Shown here in pieces: positions 44,408 to 52,704 of a stretch of 64,000 nt of DNA. Source of the DNA: a virus; the IMG/VR virus record IMGVR_UViG_3300033512_000452, positions 1 to 64,000 of that record, one strand, 5' to 3'. The position numbers and the translations under genes were made by a program. Position 1 is the stretch's first letter. Each line of letters starts with the position of its first letter. A model generated the notes under the pieces. That model did no database searches and was not told where the DNA came from. It saw nothing but the letters and a program-made list of their open reading frames with translations.

Positions 44408-45214
44408 TTAAATAAATTCAGTTACTTCCTCGATAAATCCTGCCGGAATGTCGGATGGAGATATGTCGAAGTGTTTTCCAATAATTCGCTGAAACATAAT
44501 CCACTGGTCCTCGTCAAGTTTGGCGATAACGTAGTGATAATCATCGCTCACAAATGTAATTGCATCGATATTTGGCGTTCTCTCTGGATTGAGATGCTGT
44601 CGTACCATGCGATTTGTTCCTGTCGATGCGATCTCCATAATCCTTTCAACTGCGGACTTTACACGATCGTCGCCCCCAATCTCATCAACCTCTTCGAGGA
44701 TCTTGCTTACAGAATCCCGAACGGAGCTTGATTTGCTGTCCTCTCCGGAAATCAACATACGAAGGTGAGGAAGTACCTCACTCATGTTTGCTCTGCTGAT
44801 TTGCCAGATTTCATCAGCGCTCATGCTCAAAGACGATTGTAGATAAGGGAAGACGTATCCATATAATGCCGTAATGTTGGATAGCTGAGTTATAGATATC
44901 CCGACGTCCTGAGCCATCTCTTCCAACGTGCGATACTTATTTGGGTGCACAGAGTAGAGCCCGAGCCGGTCAATTCCCTCAATGATTTTTCCTCTCAGAA
45001 GTGTGTTTGAGAACTCTATCCTCGATGTTGCTTTGAGTTTTTCCACTTGAATAATGGCCTTCTGTTCAAGTTCTGAAAAACCATCCAAATCATCAAGGCG
45101 CCCCAACACCCAATTCTCAATTGCAATTTCTGATTTTGCGATATCCGCTAAAACTGACGAGTCACTAATTACCATGTCCAAGATGAGCCTCCATAATTCT
45201 TGAATATCCGTCAC
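44408..45214 (-). CDS. hypothetical protein (replication-module; start uncertain)
   Basis: ORF track entry. GTG at 45214 lacks an RBS; the alternative ATG at 45175 has GGAGG 12 nt upstream. Confidence 0.55.
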   Translation of the reverse strand: MTDIQELWRLILDMVISDSSVLADIAKSEIAIENWVLGRLDDLDGFSELEQKAIIQVEKLKATSRIEFSNTLLRGKIIEGIDRLGLYSVHPNKYRTLEEMAQDVGISITQLSNITALYGYVFPYLQSSLSMSADEIWQISRANMSEVLPHLRMLISGEDSKSSSVRDSVSKILEEVDEIGGDDRVKSAVERIMEIASTGTNRMVRQHLNPERTPNIDAITFVSDDYHYVIAKLDEDQWIMFQRIIGKHFDISPSDIPAGFIEEVTEFI

Positions 45215-45638
45215 GATCGACTACAAGTACCGAAGTGTCAACTTTAGTGCCTGGGCGATGAAGAACAATAGCTGTGATGCCGTCAGGCACATATATCTTC
45301 GTCCACTCTTCCATATGGTAGAAATAGTCGTCGACAATTACCGATGATTTCGTTGGCTTTATTCCATGCGGGAAATTGTTCTCTTTGAGAACCTGTAATT
45401 TGATCCCGAAGAGATGTTCGTTGGTGACGATTTCCGACGCCGGAAACAAATACCAACATTTTGGGATTTCCTTTCGAGACTTCACGTCAACGACGAGTTT
45501 AAATTCGTTTACGTCAATGTCAGGTCCAGCCCTACCGAGTATCGGAATACGTTTTACTTCCGGGTACCCTCTTTGTCCAAACCACAAAGACAGGTGCTCC
45601 GCTACCTTGCGTTCTATCGAGCGAGGTCTTGATAACAT
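45165..45638 (-). CDS. PD-(D/E)xK endonuclease, Hjc/resolvase-like candidate
   Basis: ERKVAEHL...GPDIDV...LVVDVKSRK fits the E...D...(D/E)xK arrangement. Confidence 0.5.
   Translation of the reverse strand: MLSRPRSIERKVAEHLSLWFGQRGYPEVKRIPILGRAGPDIDVNEFKLVVDVKSRKEIPKCWYLFPASEIVTNEHLFGIKLQVLKENNFPHGIKPTKSSVIVDDYFYHMEEWTKIYVPDGITAIVLHRPGTKVDTSVLVVDRDGYSRIMEAHLGHGN
45431..45446. repeat. one-mismatch palindrome variant TTTCCGACGCCGGAAA
   Basis: Inside the ORF at 45165-45638. Confidence 0.85.
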
Positions 45639-45717
45639 AACTTTTTCCTTATTTTATTGCAATAAAAATGAAATTTTGTTGCACATCGTTGCAATACTAG
45701 CGGAATTTCAAAACCCA

Positions 45718-45746
45718 TTGACATATTGTTATTAACACGATACAAT
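45718..45746 (+). promoter_or_regulatory. consensus promoter TTGACA-17 bp-TACAAT
   Basis: -35 at 45718-45723 and -10 at 45741-45746. Flanked by GTTGCAC (about 45686) and its inverse GTGCAAC (about 45774). Confidence 0.7.
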
Positions 45747-45902
45747 TGGCTCGTTAAGTTTAATTAGTAAGCTAGTGCAACATTGTTACTATTGTATCAC
45801 TATAATTACATTTCTGCATTAGCACGATATTAATAAAACGTTAACGTTACTTTCGCGTCGCGGGTGTTACTATACTACTATACAAAAGGAGGAAACAACA
45901 AC

Positions 45903-46268
45903 ATGGGAGATCTGTTACTTAACTTAACGAAAAGAAAAATGGACGAAGAACACCTATCACTTCGAAGAGCTTCTGATCAGATTGGAATCTCGCACATGGC
46001 ATTAAAGCGATTCGTCAGTAAAGATGGTGGTGTTGGGATCGACAAAATTATCTTGATTTCGAATTGGGTTGGCATAGAACCCGCTGTTGCACTTGAGTTG
46101 CGTCGAGATGAAATCGACTCTATATCTACGGTTTTGCGTAGGTACCCAGAACTGACAGAAGTGTTTAGTGATCTACTTAAGCAAGTAGAGTGCGGAGCGT
46201 TGGATCCCAGAATTATTGAGGACTTAGCATCTTACACTAAATTTAAAATTAATAATATGAAAAAATAG
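45903..46268 (+). CDS. HTH transcriptional regulator (Cro/CI-type)
   Basis: ATG at 45903 after GGAGG. LSLRRASDQIGISHMALKRFV is an HTH. Opposite strand to its neighbours. Confidence 0.65.
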   Translation: MGDLLLNLTKRKMDEEHLSLRRASDQIGISHMALKRFVSKDGGVGIDKIILISNWVGIEPAVALELRRDEIDSISTVLRRYPELTEVFSDLLKQVECGALDPRIIEDLASYTKFKINNMKK

Positions 46269-46275
46269 GAGTTTT

Positions 46276-46446
46276 ATGCAGGCACCAAACTTTATTACCG
46301 ACAATATCGAGTGGTACAGGAGGATCGATGATGTTTTTGATAAAGAATTGAAAAATAAATCTGAATCATTTGTTTTTAAAAATAACGAGCCGGACGGCGA
46401 AGGCGGAAATATCAGTGAAGGTGTGGAAAAAGATATCTCTATGTAA
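46276..46446 (+). CDS. possible 56-aa protein
   Basis: ATG at 46276 after TAGGAG. Own translation MQAPNFITDNIEWYRRIDDVFDKELKNK... Confidence 0.4.
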   Translation: MQAPNFITDNIEWYRRIDDVFDKELKNKSESFVFKNNEPDGEGGNISEGVEKDISM

Positions 46447-46463
46447 AATAAAAAATAATACCC

Positions 46464-46502
46464 AAAAAAAAGCAAATCCCTGGGGGCGGTTTGCTTTTTT
46501 TT
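46464..46502. terminator. bidirectional terminator
   Basis: AAAAAAAAGCAAA...TTTGCTTTTTTTT. Confidence 0.7.
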
Positions 46503-46509
46503 GTTTTGA

Positions 46510-46800
46510 TTACTTCAAAAGGCGTTTGTTGAATGGTGGTATGTTTGGCCGTTCTTGTGTGTAACTTTTTCCATCTAAGGCGTAAGTGATCCACTGTTCG
46601 CCTTCGAAATCACCACCAAGTTCGAATAACACTCCGGGATGTTTCGCGCTGAATGACGCCATGGATACTTCTTCGTCACTGAAATGCTCTTCGCAGCAGC
46701 CGATAAGCGCTCCAACTGAGATGTATTTTTCGACTTCTTCGTTTTCGTCAACCGTTCCGTTGTTTTCAAATTTTAAATAATAATAAGGTCTTGAGCTCAA
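46510..46800 (-). CDS. hypothetical protein
   Basis: ORF track entry. Confidence 0.6.
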   Translation of the reverse strand: MSSRPYYYLKFENNGTVDENEEVEKYISVGALIGCCEEHFSDEEVSMASFSAKHPGVLFELGGDFEGEQWITYALDGKSYTQERPNIPPFNKRLLK

Positions 46801-47381
46801 TTTATCCCTTCCTTTTCTTTGATTTTGTTGATTTTATCCTGGTAGCGCCAAAACCACTTCTCTCGAAATGCGCTTGGGATCATGTAGGCTGGGAAGTCGT
46901 CTTTGGTGTATTGTCCATTGTAGCGATCTTGAGCGTCCAGCATATCGGTTGCGTGAAACCCAAACTGAGCAAAAGTATTTCCGATCGTAAGGCTTGCCGC
47001 ATAACTCGTAAATGCGCTAAGTTCTCCAGTCCAGTGATTAACATACCCGACGTCCCCTAAACCGGCGCATTTACACACACCGATTCCCATTCGCCCAATC
47101 GTACTGCGGGCTTTCATTTCCGCAACGACGCCGTTCACGCAGCCGATAATTTCCTTCGTCACGCAAAGCATGGTTGAATTTGGCGAGATAGAAACATCCT
47201 CTCCGTCCTTGTAATACTCCGGCTCCGAGTAGGTTAACTTTCCATCATGCCAACAAACGCCGACAAACCAATTCCCCAGGCGAACATCGTAACTGTTCGG
47301 GTTGAGTTGTTCTTCATTGAATGGCTCAATAACGATCAATCCTTTTTTTATGTACTCTCTGATACTTGTTTTCCCTAACAT
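46797..47381 (-). CDS. dcd: dCTP deaminase family protein
   Basis: Start at the ATG at 47381 after AGGAGA. MLGKTSIREYIKKGLIVIEPFNEEQLNPNSYDVRLG is a classic Dcd N-terminus. AEMKARSTIGRMGI also present. Confidence 0.8.
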   Translation of the reverse strand: MLGKTSIREYIKKGLIVIEPFNEEQLNPNSYDVRLGNWFVGVCWHDGKLTYSEPEYYKDGEDVSISPNSTMLCVTKEIIGCVNGVVAEMKARSTIGRMGIGVCKCAGLGDVGYVNHWTGELSAFTSYAASLTIGNTFAQFGFHATDMLDAQDRYNGQYTKDDFPAYMIPSAFREKWFWRYQDKINKIKEKEGIN

Positions 47382-47481
47382 AGATCTCCTTGAAAATGTA
47401 ATAAAAATTGCCAGTAACAATCACCTTATTTATTGTATCACGTTAGTTACTTTTTAACGAACAGGCGAATCTTAAAACTTT

Positions 47482-47755
47482 TGAGTGTGATTTGAGTGTG
47501 AATTGGTATAAAACGTATGCGAAACGTGTGTTTTGTAGACGATTAAGCACAAGATATTGTGCTGTAACACGTTTGGGACACCATATATGGGGTACTAACG
47601 AATTTCCGTTAGACTGTGGATCAAGTGGTTGCGGGTTCGATCCCCGTCATCCACCCCAAATATGGGGGTATAATTGAAGAAAGTGACCTGTATATAGGAT
47701 TTTGGGGTAAAATAGAAAGGATGTTCTACGGTTTGAGTGTGAATTGAGTGTGAAT
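47482..47755 (+). other. candidate attP: arm-type 11-mer repeats flanking a tRNA-His 3' half
   Basis: TGAGTGTGATT and TGAGTGTGAAT at 47482-47503; TGAGTGTGAAT twice at 47734-47755, in the same orientation. The tRNA-like core lies between them. ATATGGGG(G)TA direct repeats at 47585 and 47660. Confidence 0.6.
47609..47658 (+). other. 3' half of a tRNA-His-like sequence (anticodon arm to CCA); not a complete tRNA
   Basis: TTAGA-CTGTGGA-TCAAG (anticodon GTG, G37); variable TGGTT; T-arm GCGGG-TTCGATC-CCCGT; acceptor 3' strand CATCCAC; discriminator C; encoded CCA. No matching 5' acceptor strand or D-arm upstream. Confidence 0.65.
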
Positions 47756-47799
47756 TGAAAAAACACCTTTCAAACTTCCCCCGCTTTCTTAAATGCCAT

Positions 47800-48063
47800 T
47801 TAAGGATCATTTCTAAAATACCCCAAAAATGCAAAGGTTATTGCGCCGATAAGTTGCCCATAGATGTTGACAGTCCTTTTAAAGTCCGGCGGTGTGCCAT
47901 CGGCGTGAACGTACTGGATTCTGTAACCCTGTTTAACCGCCTCCTTTTCAAGGCTCGCTAAATCCTCTTTGGTATCCCCTTCGCCGAGGAATTTTCCGTA
48001 GGGATCATCGTCCGTGTATCCATACAGCGCCCAGGACGGTTTAAATTGGTTATTCATATTCAC
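47800..48063 (-). CDS. hypothetical protein with C-terminal hydrophobic segment
   Basis: ORF track entry. Confidence 0.6.
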   Translation of the reverse strand: MNMNNQFKPSWALYGYTDDDPYGKFLGEGDTKEDLASLEKEAVKQGYRIQYVHADGTPPDFKRTVNIYGQLIGAITFAFLGYFRNDP

Positions 48064-48073
48064 TCCTCCTTTT

Positions 48074-48385
48074 TTATCTCATCGAAAGTTCTTCGACGAT
48101 ATACCCGTCTACGACTGCTCCGAAATCGTAGACGGGATTTTCGGTTAACTGGTCAACCCAGATCGTATCGTTGTCCAGACGCACTATGGCGCCGCCGTGG
48201 TCTTTGCAGATCCACATCTGTTTCCCGATCCATATTTTTGTTTCGAATGGAATGTCCTGCGGGCAGGCGATTGCTCTGTCAACCCATTCCTGCCAGCGCT
48301 CCCCGTTGCTCATCCTGGAGATACATTCTCCGTTCACAAAGTTGGAGCAATTCGTTCCACCGAGCCACGGTTCGTAGTGCGACAC
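48074..48385 (-). CDS. hypothetical protein; possible 3D/DPBB-like (cell-wall-active) fold
   Basis: The segment AIACPQDIPFETKIWIGKQMWICKDHGGAIV...IWVD is weakly reminiscent of 3D-domain proteins. Confidence 0.5.
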   Translation of the reverse strand: MSHYEPWLGGTNCSNFVNGECISRMSNGERWQEWVDRAIACPQDIPFETKIWIGKQMWICKDHGGAIVRLDNDTIWVDQLTENPVYDFGAVVDGYIVEELSMR

Positions 48386-48426
48386 TTTTACTTTGACGGT
48401 CTGGACAAGACGCAGTTTAGCCCTAT

Positions 48427-48660
48427 CTAGTTCTGGGTCAATTCCTGAGAGGGCGGCTGAGGGAAATTATTGGACCCATCATTCATTACAACAGTGGCGT
48501 TCAGAATGAGATCCACTGCCCCATCCCCGTTAATGTCGGCGAATACGTTCTGCACGCTTTCACGCTCCGGTGTGGCCACGTAGAAGATCGATGCGGTGAC
48601 GGTGACGATGAGGATGACAACTGCGATCATAACAATTAAACTCTTTTTTTCTTTAGACAT
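48427..48660 (-). CDS. signal-anchored small protein with DxNxDGxxD calcium-binding-like motif
   Basis: Start at the ATG at 48660 after AAGGAG. MSKEKKSLIVMIAVVILIVTVTASIF...ADINGDGAVDLI. Confidence 0.55.
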   Translation of the reverse strand: MSKEKKSLIVMIAVVILIVTVTASIFYVATPERESVQNVFADINGDGAVDLILNATVVMNDGSNNFPQPPSQELTQN

Positions 48661-48676
48661 TTTTTGCTCCTTTAAA

Positions 48677-48903
48677 TTATATGATTCCATCGAAGGGGAC
48701 GAGTCCGCACCCTTCGCCGTACATGTAGATCTGTGGGTCTGTTCCACCTCTACCGTTACTGAATTGGTAGAAGTCGGTTGTTCCATCGTTGTGGTGCCAG
48801 ACAGCGTCAGTGTCTATGCTGTGGTTGACGATGCCCCAAGAAACCGCCCCTGGGCTGTCCTCTTTGAAAGTGGCTGCGCTTGCCGCAGTTATTGGTATGA
48901 CCA
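48677..48903 (-). CDS. hypothetical protein (75 aa)
   Basis: Start at the ATG at 48903 after AAGGAGGAAUAAAAC. Confidence 0.55.
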
Positions 48904-48935
48904 TTGTTTTATTCCTCCTTGTTAATGTTTTATTT

Positions 48936-48980
48936 AAAAAGGCGCGGCGGGACTCGAACCCGCCTGCTGCCATCTCGCCT
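48936..48980 (-). terminator. tRNA-like minihelix (acceptor-like stem + T-arm) followed by a U-run
   Basis: Minus-strand RNA: AGGCGAG-AUGGCAGCAG-GCGGG-UUCGAGU-CCCGC-CGCGCCU-UUUUU. Confidence 0.55.
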
Positions 48981-48984
48981 ATTT

Positions 48985-49872
48985 TTATCCTGTACCTGAT
49001 CCAATCATTCCCTTGTTAACCAGACGTTCTTCCTGGCGTGAAACGTAGTCAGCAACGTAATCGTTAAACTCGTTGGATACTACCGCTGGATTCGTTGCGG
49101 GTTTGTAGTAGAACTTTTTAGGGAATTTATCCTTCTTGCCTTTCTTCCCGTAAGTGAGGTAGTTAAACGATAAATCCTCAATGACCCCAAGATCGTCCTG
49201 GAAATCGTAGCGTTCAGCGTTTTTCAAAGATAGGATCTTATCTACTTTCTCTATCGTCTTACTGAGTTCTTCTGTTTTGATGTATTCTTGGCAGGTGTGC
49301 TCATTGTAATAACCCACTGAGAGGTTCACGGAAGCAAGATCGAATGCTGGTGACAATATGGATATGTCTGAAAACGTTCCGTGATTTAATTTAAATCCGT
49401 TGCCGAGAATGAAGTCTTGAAACTCTTTATTTCCGCAATCGTAGAACACAGCGTCGTCTTTTCCGTGCCGGTCCAACTGGATCATATAGTTCACCGTTGG
49501 GCCTCCTGGGAAATCAGCGACAAACGCAGACGCTCCATAACCTCCGCTTTCTTCGTAGTCCGTGAAAAGAATGTGCGGTCGGTGTTTCTTGAGCAACTTC
49601 AGGATTGCGTAAACACCGCACCTGTCATCGCCGCCAATTCCCTCCGGGGACCAAAGCACGCCCTCTTCCTGGTCGTGATAGATCTTTTCCGGTTTGGTGT
49701 CGTGGACAGTATCCACGTGAGCCACCAGCATGACTGGCAGCGTTCCTGGGGCGTACACATAATCCTCGAAGTTGTATACGGTCTTGTATCCGTAGGTCAC
49801 TTCGAGTGTTTTCGCCAAAGTGTTTTTAAGATGAAACTCGTTCATCATCAGCATTTCTTTGAATACCTTCAT
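48985..49872 (-). CDS. zinc metallopeptidase, M20/M28/M42-like
   Basis: Start at the ATG at 49872. VAHVDTVH, GGDDRCGV, DYEESGG, TFSDIS and YNEHT occur in the order of co-catalytic zinc peptidases. Confidence 0.65.
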   Translation of the reverse strand: MKVFKEMLMMNEFHLKNTLAKTLEVTYGYKTVYNFEDYVYAPGTLPVMLVAHVDTVHDTKPEKIYHDQEEGVLWSPEGIGGDDRCGVYAILKLLKKHRPHILFTDYEESGGYGASAFVADFPGGPTVNYMIQLDRHGKDDAVFYDCGNKEFQDFILGNGFKLNHGTFSDISILSPAFDLASVNLSVGYYNEHTCQEYIKTEELSKTIEKVDKILSLKNAERYDFQDDLGVIEDLSFNYLTYGKKGKKDKFPKKFYYKPATNPAVVSNEFNDYVADYVSRQEERLVNKGMIGSGTG

Positions 49873-49873
49873 G

Positions 49874-51274
49874 TTAATAGTCACAATCATCACCCTCTTC
49901 CTCTTTCTCTCTGCAATACTTACACAGAAACGAATCATCATTCTCGTTGATATCATCACCGCATTTTAAGCAAGTGATGTCATCGCCGACCATGAATTTA
50001 TTGTCATCTGTTTTGAAATTCTTGTTCACAATTAAATGATGGTCGTAACCTTCATTGCAATCATGGTATAAACAAGTGGAATACGCCTCGTATCCATCGA
50101 CAGGGTCTGTACCACTCGACACTACCCATTTGTTTTGTACACCGGCGTACTCGGAAACCCTCTCTTCGAGCATCTCCCTGGCGACTCTTGATACGTTATC
50201 AATTTTAGTTGGATACTGCCGACTGAAAATCGCAGCCGATGTGTTTTTATCGAAGTAAACGCACTGCCGCCAGCTCTTGCTGTTCCCGCTGAACTTCACG
50301 TTTTTATCGTGATAATCAACGTCATTCGCACCGCTCTTGAAGGCGATTAAGGTAGCGTCGTCAACCATCGCAGATAACGCCCCCGTGGCGTAGCAGCCTT
50401 CTCCGATTTTGTGGCAGGATGACCAGTCGTAAGCGTTGTACGACATCGTCAGGTAATCGTAAGGGTCAATCGAGATGGAAACATTAGCGTTGACACTCCT
50501 GTTTGATAAAGTCAACGAAACAGCGTCATCAAAGGCTTTGTCGTTTAACAGGTTAGACAAGAACTTGCTCAACTTCATTTCTCTGTTGAACATCGCGCCG
50601 CAAAATTTCTCAAAATGAGAGTTCGAAAAGCACTGATTTAATTGCCAGCTTTCAGTAGTGAACGCTGTAATAATGGTGGAGTATTGCGGGAACAGATAGC
50701 ATAACTCGATAATTTTTGTTCGCATTGAGGTTCCGTCTATTGCAATATCAACGCCTTTTCTGATTGATAACTCTTTCCCGAACATGAGATAAAACTCGTA
50801 CTTCGAGCGCGCCCATCTCGTTAGGTATCTGTCAACTACGTTATTACTGAGATCCTTCATTCCGAAACCATCGTAATTAGCGCCGATAACCATGAGCTTT
50901 TTAAGTCGAGTTTTATCGACTCTGGAGATCATTTCATCTAAGAGGCCCTCGTTTGCTGACGCATTTATCGAAAGGTATTCCATGACACCGTCATCTTCTG
51001 GTGTAATTTCCGTTTGAGCGTTGGCAAATTCCAGCATATCCAACGAGATGTTGTAGTATTCTTTGTTGAATATACATTCATAGCCTACGTTAATTCTGTC
51101 CATCATGCTTTCGTCAACGACTACGGTATCGCCACAGAATTGCTCCATTGAATCAGACCATCCGCAGCGGACTGAACTGTGGCGCAGTACGTAAGGGTTG
51201 CGAAACCTGAGGACGTCTCCGATCTTAATGCCCTCAAGGCGATGTGGGATGCCAGTAGATGAATTATTTTCCAT
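49874..51274 (-). CDS. hypothetical 466-aa protein with C-terminal zinc ribbon
   Basis: Start at the ATG at 51274 after AGGAGGAAAC. CLKCGDD...CKYC. Its stop abuts the peptidase start (TAACATG). Confidence 0.65.
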   Translation of the reverse strand: MENNSSTGIPHRLEGIKIGDVLRFRNPYVLRHSSVRCGWSDSMEQFCGDTVVVDESMMDRINVGYECIFNKEYYNISLDMLEFANAQTEITPEDDGVMEYLSINASANEGLLDEMISRVDKTRLKKLMVIGANYDGFGMKDLSNNVVDRYLTRWARSKYEFYLMFGKELSIRKGVDIAIDGTSMRTKIIELCYLFPQYSTIITAFTTESWQLNQCFSNSHFEKFCGAMFNREMKLSKFLSNLLNDKAFDDAVSLTLSNRSVNANVSISIDPYDYLTMSYNAYDWSSCHKIGEGCYATGALSAMVDDATLIAFKSGANDVDYHDKNVKFSGNSKSWRQCVYFDKNTSAAIFSRQYPTKIDNVSRVAREMLEERVSEYAGVQNKWVVSSGTDPVDGYEAYSTCLYHDCNEGYDHHLIVNKNFKTDDNKFMVGDDITCLKCGDDINENDDSFLCKYCREKEEEGDDCDY

Positions 51275-51314
51275 ATTCGTTTCCTCCTGATTATTTTTAA
51301 TAATTACATTCTTG

Positions 51315-51330
51315 TTTCCGGCGCCGGAAA
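51315..51330. repeat. exact copy of the 16-bp palindrome
   Basis: Lies between the int terminator and the gene starting at 51274. Confidence 0.95.
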
Positions 51331-51354
51331 TCATTCCTCACGGCTCCTCAAATA

Positions 51355-51380
51355 AAAAGACCGCTTGGAAGCGGTCTTTT
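51355..51380 (-). terminator. rho-independent terminator after int
   Basis: AAAAGACCGC-TTGGAA-GCGGTCTTTT. Confidence 0.8.
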
Positions 51381-51385
51381 CCAGG

Positions 51386-52516
51386 TTACTCAACAGGTAT
51401 TCTTTTTAGGAATTCGAATTCAACAGGCGTGACCAATTCAGTCATCTTGCGAGTTAAATCGTCCTGTCCTGTGGCGATCAGATGACCATAGATGTCCATT
51501 GTGATACTTGGCTTTGAGTGTCCAAGCGTTCTGGAGATCGTGGTAATTGATGCGCCGGTATTGATCATGTGAGACGCTGCGGTATGGCGAAGATCATGGA
51601 AGCGGATCTTCTTAACCATCGCTGTTTTTAATTCTTCCTTGAATTCAGCAAGCAGAGCGGAGTGGTCCATTGGCGTTCCGATCGTTGTGCAGAACACCAA
51701 ACCAAAATCTTTCCACCTGTTTGCAAAGAAAGCCTTTTCGTAATTCTGGCGTTCTTTATGCTCCCTTAGGATTTGAATCGTCTGCTCCAGTATCCTTATG
51801 GTTCTGATTCCAGATTTTGTTTTCGGCGCCACGAAGGATTGCAATCCATGTTCTAATTGGCGCTGAATTAAAATCGTCCCTCTCTTGAAGTTGATATCAG
51901 TCCACATCAGACCTAACAACTCACCCTGCCTCATACCGGTTAATATCGCCAGGTGATAAAGCGCCTTGTTGCGAGATTCTTTGGTTGAGATAAGGAATTG
52001 CATAATCTCATCTTCTTCGAGGATGTTCATTTCGCCGTGCTCGTAAGAGGGCTTATCCACGTAATTTGTTGGATTAATAGGAATAAGCCCTCTTTTCGTG
52101 GCGTCCTCCAGGCAGATATGCAGAACTTGATGGATATACTTTCTCGTGCGAGCTCCGACTTCCAGTGAGTCGTAATAATCTGATATTGTGTCTATTTTCA
52201 ATTCAGACAGTTTGTAACCACCGATATCCGGCACGATATAATCATCGACGTAATGCTGGTATGATTTTGCTGTGCTTTCTCTGATCGCCTGCCTGTGGGC
52301 TTTCATCCATGACGCGGCGAATTCAGCTAAGGTAATCTTTGACGTATTAAAGGTTAATCCTCTGACCTGCTGCCCTTTAATTTCTTTGAGCCAATTGCGA
52401 GCGTCCGTTCTCGTCTCGAAAACCTTCGTTATCCTTGCGCCGTCAATGTATATCTGTGCCCTGAACATATCGCGCTGTTTGAAAATTGATCCTTCCCCTT
52501 CGTTCTTCTGTCTCAT
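51386..52516 (-). CDS. int: tyrosine recombinase / phage integrase
   Basis: C-terminal RFHDLRHTAASHMI...LGHSKPSITMDIYGHL gives R, HxxR, H and Y. N-terminal SAM-like domain. Confidence 0.9.
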   Translation of the reverse strand: MRQKNEGEGSIFKQRDMFRAQIYIDGARITKVFETRTDARNWLKEIKGQQVRGLTFNTSKITLAEFAASWMKAHRQAIRESTAKSYQHYVDDYIVPDIGGYKLSELKIDTISDYYDSLEVGARTRKYIHQVLHICLEDATKRGLIPINPTNYVDKPSYEHGEMNILEEDEIMQFLISTKESRNKALYHLAILTGMRQGELLGLMWTDINFKRGTILIQRQLEHGLQSFVAPKTKSGIRTIRILEQTIQILREHKERQNYEKAFFANRWKDFGLVFCTTIGTPMDHSALLAEFKEELKTAMVKKIRFHDLRHTAASHMINTGASITTISRTLGHSKPSITMDIYGHLIATGQDDLTRKMTELVTPVEFEFLKRIPVE

Positions 52517-52704
52517 TGGGCAAGCTGGTCTTCAAGATACTTCTTGAAAGTGTAATCCGGGACCCGGATTGCAACGCCCAACTTCACACAGGGAAGTTCT
52601 CCGCTTCTGATGATCTTGTAGATCATTGCTTCCGATGCGTTCAGTATCTTAGCGATCTCCTGGACGGTCAGGAATTTTGGATATTCGGTGGTTGCTTCAG
52701 TCAT
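52513..52704 (-). CDS. xis: excisionase-type HTH protein
   Basis: LTVQEIAKILNASEAMIYKIIRSGELPCVKLG fits the MerR/excisionase HTH_17 pattern. Overlaps int. Confidence 0.75.
   Translation of the reverse strand: MTEATTEYPKFLTVQEIAKILNASEAMIYKIIRSGELPCVKLGVAIRVPDYTFKKYLEDQLAQ

Noticed and set aside
47585-47658. Complete tRNA-His gene
   Set aside because: The 3' half is convincing, but no sequence upstream can form the 5' acceptor strand (GTGGATG with G-1) or a D-arm. The CTAACG/CGTTAG hairpin upstream has a 6-nt loop. I interpret it as an att core fragment.
47616-47658. tmRNA 3' end
   Set aside because: The acceptor sequence lacks the G-U alanine identity pair and the GGGG 5' partner. No tag reading frame or pseudoknots are evident.
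47492-47834. ORFs 47492-47677 (+) and 47595-47834 (-)
   Set aside because: They overlap the repeat-rich att-like intergenic region, lack ribosome-binding sites, and have odd composition.
51275-51334. N-terminal extension MISGAGNKNVIIKNNQEETN of the 466-aa ORF, and likewise 6641-6689 for the 6303 gene
   Set aside because: The extensions exist only because the palindrome is open in that frame. Strong ribosome-binding sites precede the internal ATGs at 51274 and 6640.
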